The notes under the pieces: generated by a model
The model's database searches: none
What the model was told of the DNA's origin: nothing
Seen by the model: the letters and a program-made list of their open reading frames with translations, nothing else
In this document: positions 49,501 to 57,205 of the stretch, piece by piece
How the letters are laid out: the number at the start of each line of letters is the position of its first letter
How positions within the stretch are numbered: position 1 is the stretch's first letter
Source: an uncultured bacterium
Lineage (GTDB): Bacteria; Fidelibacterota; Marinisomatia; Marinisomatales; JACNKV01
DNA length: 64,000 nt
Assembly: GCA_964388155.1 (NCBI GenBank)
Contig: CAYLYH010000001.1
Coordinates: forward strand, 60,331 to 124,330
Reading direction: 5' to 3'
Made by a program: the position numbers and the translations under genes

Positions 49501-50736
49501 CTAGTCTTGAAAATGCTCCATGGTTAATGTTAATTCTGAGTCATACTCAAAGGCACCGATATCAGGACTCTCACCATCGTAATCATCCGGCGATATGTCA
49601 ATAACTTGCTGCCCTTGCCATTGATATTCAGTTGTTCCGGCATCGATACAAGGAGATGCTTCGAGTAGTGAATAATCTTGGTTTTCAAAGTTTGTAAACA
49701 GGGGATCTTCGTCCATATTTCCATCAAACCAATTTACCCATCCGCTATTATAGGTTTCAATTGTCGCCTCCCCTCCTTCAATATTGGAATAGGCTGCTTC
49801 AAATAACATAGCAGGTGAATCCGGCCAAAAACAAATCTGTGGTAAATCGTTATTTCTGATAATCGTGTTGACGGACAAAACTGCAGATTGATTCTGAAGC
49901 ATGATTCCACCGCCAACAATATTTGAGATATTGTCGACGAGTGTAACTTGGTTTAGCACCAGAAATGATTCTCCCCATGTTTTCACCCCACCACCCACAT
50001 CTGCGGAGTTATTATAGATTGTAGTATTGTTCACCGTTACCGTAGCCACGGAAATCGACAGCCCGCCTCCGTTTGGTGATTCGTTATCATATATTTCCGC
50101 ATGATTTATGACGGAACCCTCAGAATGTACAAGAATCATTCCTCCACCGGCATAAGGTGAATAATTCTCCAATACCTGTATATCCTCAAATATTAACGAG
50201 CAGTAATTCGTATATATTCCGCCGCCCTGACTTGTTTCTGTGCCAATTGCTGTGTTTGCTTTCACGGTGATATGTTTTAATAAAGAAGATGAATTATATA
50301 ACGCAATCCCACCTCCTCTTTCGGCAGTATTTTGATAAAGAACTAAATGTCGTAATATCGGGTTTGAATTAAGCACATATATACCACCACCGAAAATATA
50401 GGAATCTCCCTGAGTGCCGCTTCCATTTATTAATGTAAATCCCTGAAAAACTGATCGTGAATCTTCCCCATTCTCAAACACGACAACAGAGCCATTTTGA
50501 TCTCCGTCAATGATAGTTTCATTCTCTCCTTCTTCAGATAGCAATACTAAGTTTTTACCGTTGTAATTGATGTTCTCAACATAAGTACCCGGTGAAACTA
50601 AAACCGTATCTCCATCTATTGCGGTATCAATTCCATTTTGGATGGTGGGTTGTTCAACCGGGACATGAATTGTGGACCCTATAATGAATGTGATAAACAG
50701 AGCGAATAAAAAAGACCGACTAATTAAATCATTCAT
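49501..50736 (-). CDS. Secreted right-handed parallel beta-helix protein (PbH1-type repeats), terminated by a TAG in frame with the next ORF
   Basis: 411 aa with a signal peptide and repeated GGGIY/GGGI turns every ~23 aa. The C-terminal 'DEDPLFTNFENQDYSLLEASPCIDAG' segment is typical of beta-helix adhesin/lyase-like proteins. It has no T9SS domain of its own. Confidence 0.7.
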   Translation of the reverse strand: MNDLISRSFLFALFITFIIGSTIHVPVEQPTIQNGIDTAIDGDTVLVSPGTYVENINYNGKNLVLLSEEGENETIIDGDQNGSVVVFENGEDSRSVFQGFTLINGSGTQGDSYIFGGGIYVLNSNPILRHLVLYQNTAERGGGIALYNSSSLLKHITVKANTAIGTETSQGGGIYTNYCSLIFEDIQVLENYSPYAGGGMILVHSEGSVINHAEIYDNESPNGGGLSISVATVTVNNTTIYNNSADVGGGVKTWGESFLVLNQVTLVDNISNIVGGGIMLQNQSAVLSVNTIIRNNDLPQICFWPDSPAMLFEAAYSNIEGGEATIETYNSGWVNWFDGNMDEDPLFTNFENQDYSLLEASPCIDAGTTEYQWQGQQVIDISPDDYDGESPDIGAFEYDSELTLTMEHFQD

Positions 50737-50763
50737 TATGATTCTCCGTTTTTATTAACAAAT

Positions 50764-50791
50764 GTCTTGCGGAAGAAGACTTCCGCAAGAC
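50764..50791 (-). terminator. Intrinsic terminator ending the metal-efflux operon
   Basis: A perfect 12-bp stem, GTCTTGCGGAAG-aaga-CTTCCGCAAGAC, starts 18 nt after the stop at 50809. On the minus-strand RNA it is followed by AUUUGUUAAU. An SD (GGAGAA) and the ATG at 50736 come next. Confidence 0.75.
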
Positions 50792-50808
50792 GCAATTTAC
50801 GACTATTT

Positions 50809-51162
50809 CTATTTACAACAGCCCTTGTGAGTTGATTTTTCCCAGAATTTGAATTTCCACCCTCCGGATTTCTTACTGTGACCACATTTATCGGCTTTTT
50901 TGCATTCAGCCGGGTTTTCACATTTTTTTCCCTCGTGAGGACAATCTGTTTTTTTACACTCATTAGGATCTTCACCTTTTTTCCTTTCATGCGGACAATC
51001 AGCTTTTGTTGCTTCAGTACCATTCTGATCTTCTGCATTCACGACTGCTGTCTTTTGGCATTTTCCTTTTTCGAATCCGCCTTTTTTACAGCAGGCTTTT
51101 CCTTGAGCACTCATCAATGATATACTTAGTATCAACGTCAGTAGTATTGATAGTTTCTTCAT
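50809..51162 (-). CDS. Small secreted Cys/His/Lys-rich protein (putative periplasmic metal-binding protein)
   Basis: 117 aa with a signal peptide and a mature part carrying 11 Cys. It includes a duplicated DCPHE(R/G)KK...(N/A)ECKK module and CCK motifs at both ends (KACCKK ... KGCCK). It is the last gene of the efflux operon. Confidence 0.55.
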   Translation of the reverse strand: MKKLSILLTLILSISLMSAQGKACCKKGGFEKGKCQKTAVVNAEDQNGTEATKADCPHERKKGEDPNECKKTDCPHEGKKCENPAECKKADKCGHSKKSGGWKFKFWEKSTHKGCCK

Positions 51163-51184
51163 CTTTTTTTCCTTTGTTATTTTA

Positions 51185-51559
51185 TTAATTTGCCAATCTC
51201 ATCGGCAAGAGTTTCATCCCACATTGATCGCAGGTTCCGGGTTTATCAGATCGAATGTGGCTGTGCATCAACATCGGGCAACCATAATAGTCCATCTTTT
51301 CTTCCGATGTTGTCACACCTGCTACCAATGTCATGCCGCATTCTTCACATTTCCCGGCTTCACGGCTGCGAATATGCTTATGACTTTCCATCGGACACGT
51401 GTAATAGATTAACCGTTCCTCATCTTGATTTTGCACTTCAGCCATTTTAGGACATTTATGCCTATCTTTCTTTGCAACTTCAGTACACTCTTTTTTTCCT
51501 CCGCAACCGGCAATCAATATAACTGCACTGATAAGTAGGATTGTTTTTGTTGTTTTCAT
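51185..51559 (-). CDS. Lipoprotein with two tandem 'CPM...H.H....C..CGM.L' heavy-metal-binding domains
   Basis: 124 aa with the lipobox LIAGCGG. The two copies are YYTCPMESHKHIRSREAGKCEECGMTLVA and YYGCPMLMHSHIRSDKPGTCDQCGMKLLP. Both are variants of the TCPMHP...CP.CGM.L domain also present twice in the adjacent adaptor protein. Confidence 0.65.
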   Translation of the reverse strand: MKTTKTILLISAVILIAGCGGKKECTEVAKKDRHKCPKMAEVQNQDEERLIYYTCPMESHKHIRSREAGKCEECGMTLVAGVTTSEEKMDYYGCPMLMHSHIRSDKPGTCDQCGMKLLPMRLAN

Positions 51560-51587
51560 CGTTGTTTCCTTTTGTTGTTTATTCGTT

Positions 51588-54500
51588 TTATTGAGTTCTG
51601 TTCAATTCTCTTTCTTTTACCATAGCATAAATAATCGGTACAACAAATGTTGTCATAATTGCAAAGACCATTCCTCCAAAGGATGGAATCGCCATAGGGA
51701 TCATTACATCTGCGCCACGTCCTGTAGATGTAAGAATTGGCATTAATGCCAGTAAAGTTGTGGCTGTTGTCATCATGGCAGGTCTAATTCGCCGCATTCC
51801 GGCTTTAACAGTTGCTTCTCTGATTGCATTTATCGTAGTCGGATTCTCTTCATCAAACTGTTGCTCTAAATATGTACTGATTATAACACCGTCATCAGTC
51901 GCAATTCCGAATAATGCCAAAAAACCAACCCAGACAGCTACACTCATATTCACCGGATGCATCCGAAATAAATCTCGTATGTTTTCTCCAAATAAACTGA
52001 GATTTAAAAACCAATCTTGGCCATATAACCAAAGCATGACAAAGCCGCCGGACCATGCGACAAATATCCCGCTAAATACGATTAATGTAGTAGATGCACT
52101 CTTGAAATGAAAGTATAGGATTAAGAAGATAAGTACTAACGCAACAGGTAAAACCACCGCCAACTTTTTTGAGGCTCTAATCTGATTTTCATAAGAACCA
52201 GCAAACGTAAAACTCACTCCGGCGGGTACGTTTAATGTACCATTATCAATGAGTAGATTGAAATACGATTGAGCTTCTTCAACCACATCCACTTCTGCCC
52301 ATTCACTCAGTTTATCAAACAAAACGTATCCAACGAGAAACGTATCCTCACTTTTAATTACTTGAGGTCCTCTGACATAATTTATTGTCGACAACTGTCC
52401 CAACGGAATTTGCACCCCGCCCTGTCCAGGGATCAATATCCTGTCCAGAGATTCCATGTTACTACGGTAATCCCGTAAATACCGAACCCGAACGGGGTAA
52501 CGCTCACGTCCTTCTACTGTAGTGGTAATGGGCATTCCTCCAATCGCAACTTCGATGGCGTGCTGAACTCTCTGTAGAGGAATTCCATATCGCGCAATGG
52601 CACGACGGTCAATGTCAATTTCCAAATAGGGTTTTCCAACGATTCTGTCCGCAAAAACCATGTCGCTTTTAACACCCGGGACATTTTTTAAGTGTTTTTC
52701 CAATTCCAGTCCGAAAGCATCGATTGTTGACAGATCAGGTCCTTTTATTTTTATCCCCATCGGTGCTCTCATTCCGCTTTGGAGCATCACCAGTCTGGCA
52801 GAAATAGGCTGCAGTTTCGGTGCTGATGTCGTTCCGGGGATTTGTGCAACTTTCACTAGCTCATCCCAAATATCATCTGCGGAGCGAATATGCTCCCGCC
52901 ATTGTCGAACGCGAATTCCGTTTTTATCCAATCCGTATTCCGATTTATAAGCAATGATGGTTTCTACCATGCTCAAAGGTGCGGGATCTAAGGGCGAATC
53001 TACTCTCCCGATTTTTCCTACTACCGATTCTACTTCCGGTACGGAATACAACGCTTTATCCAACAGTTGCAAGACGTCGATGGTTTCTTCCATCCCTGCA
53101 TGTGGCATGGTGGTTGGCATATAAAGAAATGATCCCTCATCTAAGGGCGGCATAAATTCCTTACCAAAACCGGGAAAGGTGTGGCTCATGGCTGTAAACG
53201 GACGTGTAGAGCGGATAAACTCCGGCATCCAACTGAATATTGAACCAAAACCTAACCAAACGACTAGCCCAAACGTTATCACTAAAGCCGGCAATGAGAG
53301 TGCTTTTCGCTTATGATCAAGCGCCCAACGAAGAATGGTTGGATAGATCTTCGTAAACCCTGTAATTGCGGACATGATCAGGGCGATAAGAAATCCTGCA
53401 AACAGAAAATTCAAAAAGAACACTTTTTCTAATCCTAATGGTGACCATGTGGACGATAAAATAATGACAACCATGAGGACAACAATCCCGTTTCCTAACC
53501 ATGGTATTCGTTTAAACACGGCGATTTCTATGTTGAATCGTTTTTTCTTTTTCCCTAACAATAGATATGCCATCACTGGCAAAATGCATAAAGCAATTAT
53601 GATGGATGCAATGAGGGCGAATGTTTTCGTGTACGCCAAAGGTTTAAAGAGCTTTCCTTCTGCGCCGATCATCGTGAACACCGGCAGGAAGCTAATGACC
53701 GTCGTGGACACGGCCGTCAGCACCGCCCCTCCGACTTCGGAGACAGCCTTGAAAATAATGTCTTTTGTTGCTTCTTTCGCCTTTTCAAGATGCTTTAAGA
53801 TATTTTCCGTTACGACAATACCCATGTCTACAATGGTTCCAATTGCAATCGCAATCCCGGATAATGCGACAATATTTGCTTCCACTTTAAAGAGTTTCAT
53901 GCCGATAAATACCATGAGAACCGTCAATGGAAGCATGCCCGAGATCAGCAAAGACGTCCGAAAATGCATGACCATGACCAAAATGACGACAATCGTGATC
54001 AGAATTTCATCCCGCAATGCATGATTCAGTGTATTCAGAGTTTCATAAATTAACCCTGTCCTGTCATAAAAAGGAACAACGGTTACTTGACTCAATGTTC
54101 CGTCGGCGAGAGTCTTTTTAGGCAGCCCCGGAGCGATTTCACGTATCTTGTCTTTTACGTTCTTAATTGTTGCCAGTGGATTTTCACCGTACCGTGCGAC
54201 GACCACACCGCCAACAGCTTCTGCACCTTCCTTGTCCAGCACGCCACGACGAAGCGCGGGTCCAAGCGTCACCTGGGCAATATCTTTAATATAAATTGGA
54301 ATATTGTCTAGCGTTTTTACGACGGTAAATTCTATATCCTCCAAGGATTTGATGAACCCCAATCCGCGCACCATATACTCCACGCGGTTGATTTCCACCG
54401 TCCGAGCACCGACGTCCAAATTGGATTGACGCACGGCATTAAATACTTCGGTCAATTGTATGCCGTGTTCACGCATCGCCATCGGATCTACATCAATCTG

Positions 54501-55115
54501 ATATTCCTTTTGAAACCCGCCAATGGATGCCACTTCTGACACACCATCTGCCGATTGAAGCGCGTACCGAACCGTCCAATCTTGCACGCTGCGAAGTTCT
54601 TCTAAATCCCAGCCACCTGTTGGATTCCCGTCTTTGTCGCGGCCTTCCAATGTGTACCAGAAGATCTGCCCTAACGCTGTGGCATCTGGACCTAAAGCCG
54701 GCGAAACACCAGTAGGTACCGTCCCGCCCGGCAGAGAATTGAGTTTCTCCAAAATACGTGAACGTGACCAGTAAAAATCCACTTTCTCATTGAAAATGAC
54801 ATAAATTGTGGAAAATCCGAACATTGAATATGAGCGGATGGTTTTCACGTTTGGTATTCCCAACAACGCGGTCGTCATGGGATATGTAATTTGGTCTTCG
54901 ATATCCTGCGGACTTCTTCCCGGCCACTTTGTAAAAACAATTTGCTGGTTTTCACCGATATCCGGGATGGCATCGACCGGCACCGGGTCTCGCGGTAAGT
55001 CGCCGAGGTTCCAATCGAATGGCGCAACCATGATACCCCATACCACAGCTGCGATGAGAAGAATCGCTACGATTAAAGAATTATCGAGAAAGTATCGTAT
55101 TATTTTATTTAACAT
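51588..55115 (-). CDS. Heavy-metal efflux RND pump, CusA/CzcA family
   Basis: 1175 aa with a 12+ TM RND architecture and typical HME-RND segments (ALSGIAIAIGTIVDMGIVVTENI, GIATDDGVII). An SD (GGAG) lies 8 nt upstream of the ATG. Confidence 0.9.
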   Translation of the reverse strand: MLNKIIRYFLDNSLIVAILLIAAVVWGIMVAPFDWNLGDLPRDPVPVDAIPDIGENQQIVFTKWPGRSPQDIEDQITYPMTTALLGIPNVKTIRSYSMFGFSTIYVIFNEKVDFYWSRSRILEKLNSLPGGTVPTGVSPALGPDATALGQIFWYTLEGRDKDGNPTGGWDLEELRSVQDWTVRYALQSADGVSEVASIGGFQKEYQIDVDPMAMREHGIQLTEVFNAVRQSNLDVGARTVEINRVEYMVRGLGFIKSLEDIEFTVVKTLDNIPIYIKDIAQVTLGPALRRGVLDKEGAEAVGGVVVARYGENPLATIKNVKDKIREIAPGLPKKTLADGTLSQVTVVPFYDRTGLIYETLNTLNHALRDEILITIVVILVMVMHFRTSLLISGMLPLTVLMVFIGMKLFKVEANIVALSGIAIAIGTIVDMGIVVTENILKHLEKAKEATKDIIFKAVSEVGGAVLTAVSTTVISFLPVFTMIGAEGKLFKPLAYTKTFALIASIIIALCILPVMAYLLLGKKKKRFNIEIAVFKRIPWLGNGIVVLMVVIILSSTWSPLGLEKVFFLNFLFAGFLIALIMSAITGFTKIYPTILRWALDHKRKALSLPALVITFGLVVWLGFGSIFSWMPEFIRSTRPFTAMSHTFPGFGKEFMPPLDEGSFLYMPTTMPHAGMEETIDVLQLLDKALYSVPEVESVVGKIGRVDSPLDPAPLSMVETIIAYKSEYGLDKNGIRVRQWREHIRSADDIWDELVKVAQIPGTTSAPKLQPISARLVMLQSGMRAPMGIKIKGPDLSTIDAFGLELEKHLKNVPGVKSDMVFADRIVGKPYLEIDIDRRAIARYGIPLQRVQHAIEVAIGGMPITTTVEGRERYPVRVRYLRDYRSNMESLDRILIPGQGGVQIPLGQLSTINYVRGPQVIKSEDTFLVGYVLFDKLSEWAEVDVVEEAQSYFNLLIDNGTLNVPAGVSFTFAGSYENQIRASKKLAVVLPVALVLIFLILYFHFKSASTTLIVFSGIFVAWSGGFVMLWLYGQDWFLNLSLFGENIRDLFRMHPVNMSVAVWVGFLALFGIATDDGVIISTYLEQQFDEENPTTINAIREATVKAGMRRIRPAMMTTATTLLALMPILTSTGRGADVMIPMAIPSFGGMVFAIMTTFVVPIIYAMVKERELNRTQ

Positions 55116-55410
55116 TGAGTCAACTCCAGAAAGGGGTTAAAACCCCAATTTCGTTGGTTTATCCACAATCCCCGCCCTAAAGGACGGGGTAAGTAATTAA
55201 TCGTATCTCTAATAATTTCTGCAATTACCCCATCCTTCCCGCCTGCCTTCTTTACTAATTTCAAAATATGGCGGGCAGGTAGGGTGGGGTATAAAGTTCG
55301 ATAAACGATGGGCTTCCCGCCTGCGCCAAATCTTTGGCGGGCAGGTAGCCCAACATGATCTTTTCTGAGTAGACTCATGTATCCTGATTTTTTTGATAGC
55401 ATTGACACAG
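55116..55410. repeat. GC-rich palindromic repeat cluster in the adaptor/pump intergenic gap
   Basis: There are four hairpins. The two short ones are GGGGTTAAAACCCC (55133-55146) and CCCCGCCC-taaa-GGACGGGG (55170-55189). The two long imperfect palindromes are 55227-55247/55270-55290 and 55310-55330/55333-55351. The long ones share identical cores: CTTCCCGCCTGC (55235-55246 and 55313-55324) and GGCGGGCAGGTAG (55270-55282 and 55336-55348). Confidence 0.7.
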
Positions 55411-57204
55411 TCATTGCACTCCATAGGTTTTCTGTAATTTTATGTTTATTTGATCAATATCAAGTTCAATTTTATCCAAAACATCTCTTTTAAGTGGAAC
55501 ATGGTGAAGATGCTGCAAAGCTTGAATGATGCTCTCATAATAAGAATCAATGGATTCCAACCGATTCTTTGACTTCATTTTTTCTGATATAAATCCAACC
55601 GCTGTTAATGCTTCTTTCGCCTTGACTGTATTTCCTTTTTCAAAGGCAGACTTCGCCATTGAGAATGCTTCGAGTAGCGGTTCTATATTCATCTCATCTC
55701 GCTTAGGATGTGTTTTTCCGTTTTCCATTTTTCCACCATGATTATGCCCCGCCCCCGACGAACCGCCCTTTGGATTCATCATACTTAGCTTGGCGGCAAT
55801 TTGCATCGCGCTGTCAATCTTGAAATTCCCCCGAACAACGACCTGCTCACCTTCACTGAGTCCGGATTTCACGATGTAGTGTTCTCCTACCCGCTGACCT
55901 AAAACAACCTCACGTCCTTTAAAAATAGGTTCATCGCCGGGTAGTCTAACATACACAATTGCACGTTCACCGGTTCTAAGAACCGCTGTCGCCGGAATTA
56001 ACAGACTCTCGTGTTGATGATCTGCTGTGTTGACAATCCCTAGTGATTCTGATTTCACTAAATCCATTCCGCATACATCACAGATTCCTTGATGATTATT
56101 AACAATCTCAGGATGCATAGGACAAATCCACTTCCCTGCTAACTCCGGATTAATGACTTTTCCGTTTCCGTCTATGACTGCATGTATATTTCCATGGACA
56201 AACATTCCGGGTTTTAACAATCCATTTGAATTTGACACATTTATCCTCACCTTTACCGTTCGGGTTTTTTCATTCAGAATCGGATCGATAAAGGAAATTC
56301 TACCTTCAAATATCGTTCCGGGAAGTGATTCGGTGCTAAAAGTGACTGTTTGACCAAATGCCAACCACGGGATGTCACGCTCATACGCTTCTAATATCAC
56401 CCAAACGCGACTCAAATCTGCAATGGTGTAAATCGTTGTGCCCGTTTTAACATAAGCACCTTCTACCCCATTCTTATTAATGACAACTCCCGTCATCGGG
56501 CTATAGACTGTAACGATATTAGATGGCTTATCCATGGTTTCTATCGCTTGAATTTGCTCATCCATTAATCCCATTAATCTTAATTTTTCTCGTGTGGCTT
56601 CCAGGGTTGTTTCCGCGGTTCGTAGAATTAACGAAGATTGACTTCTGTTACTATCCATCAGTTTCCGGGCTTGAATTAATTCTTCCTGCGCAGAATATAA
56701 TTCGGGGCTATAAAGTTCTACCATGTGGTCACCTTTATTCACCGTAATTCCCGTGTAATCAACGAACATTCGTTCAAGTCGTCCGGGAAACCAAGCTGTG
56801 ATGTTACTGATGCGCGTTTCATCCGTAACAACTTTCCCTGATAGACGGATATTCATTTTAGCTGTTCCGTAGTGAACAGGGACCGTAGTAATCTCGGCCA
56901 ATTTTACAGCATCTTTCGAAAGTGATAACTGATTGGAACTCAATCCGTCGGAATCGGATACCAATGGAATTAAATCCATAAAACAAATGGGACATTGCCC
57001 CGGTTCAGGCAACCGAACGTTTGGGTGCATCGAGCATGTCCAAATTTCTGCTTCGATTTGAACGGTAGTTTGTCCGTGGTTGGAATGATTAACCACCGGA
57101 CTTGAAATCCACCATCCCAAAAGAAACGCCGAAACGATAAAGGTCACGCTGACAGTATTTAACGATTGGATGATTGTTTTTATTTTCTTGAAATATTTTT
57201 TCAT
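55411..57204 (-). CDS. RND efflux periplasmic adaptor (CusB/CzcB-like) with two embedded metal-binding domains
   Basis: 597 aa with an N-terminal TM anchor, WTCSMHPNVRLPEPGQCPICFMDLIP and WICPMHPEIVNNHQGICDVCGMDLVK, an HlyD-type barrel-sandwich/beta-barrel core and a helical C-terminal extension. Confidence 0.85.
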   Translation of the reverse strand: MKKYFKKIKTIIQSLNTVSVTFIVSAFLLGWWISSPVVNHSNHGQTTVQIEAEIWTCSMHPNVRLPEPGQCPICFMDLIPLVSDSDGLSSNQLSLSKDAVKLAEITTVPVHYGTAKMNIRLSGKVVTDETRISNITAWFPGRLERMFVDYTGITVNKGDHMVELYSPELYSAQEELIQARKLMDSNRSQSSLILRTAETTLEATREKLRLMGLMDEQIQAIETMDKPSNIVTVYSPMTGVVINKNGVEGAYVKTGTTIYTIADLSRVWVILEAYERDIPWLAFGQTVTFSTESLPGTIFEGRISFIDPILNEKTRTVKVRINVSNSNGLLKPGMFVHGNIHAVIDGNGKVINPELAGKWICPMHPEIVNNHQGICDVCGMDLVKSESLGIVNTADHQHESLLIPATAVLRTGERAIVYVRLPGDEPIFKGREVVLGQRVGEHYIVKSGLSEGEQVVVRGNFKIDSAMQIAAKLSMMNPKGGSSGAGHNHGGKMENGKTHPKRDEMNIEPLLEAFSMAKSAFEKGNTVKAKEALTAVGFISEKMKSKNRLESIDSYYESIIQALQHLHHVPLKRDVLDKIELDIDQINIKLQKTYGVQ

Positions 57205-57205
57205 G

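Noticed and set aside
49501-49503. Possibility that TAG is reassigned as a sense codon genome-wide
   Set aside because: TAG terminates at least two well-supported genes at sensible ends. These are the CpoB-like gene at 24662, whose downstream gene starts 9 nt later, and the thymidylyltransferase gene at 30971. A local nonsense mutation, error or readthrough is more parsimonious.
50736-51038. 100-aa Lys/Arg-rich ORF overlapping the 117-aa Cys-rich gene in another frame
   Set aside because: The 117-aa frame has a clean signal peptide and a repeated Cys/His module, and it ends just before the terminator. The alternative frame lacks any such features.
53374-54024. 216-aa plus-strand ORF inside the RND pump gene, and similar antisense ORFs such as 29997-30458 in mreB and 15921-16337 in the TRAP permease
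   Set aside because: They sit opposite strongly supported genes with clear family motifs. I consider them shadow ORFs.
55109-55424. Two overlapping minus-strand ORFs (101 aa and 71 aa) in the adaptor/pump gap
   Set aside because: They lie entirely within the GC-rich palindromic repeats. Their odd composition (PARQ/AGGK-type strings) is what translated inverted repeats produce. They also overlap each other in different frames. I treat the region as a non-coding repeat.
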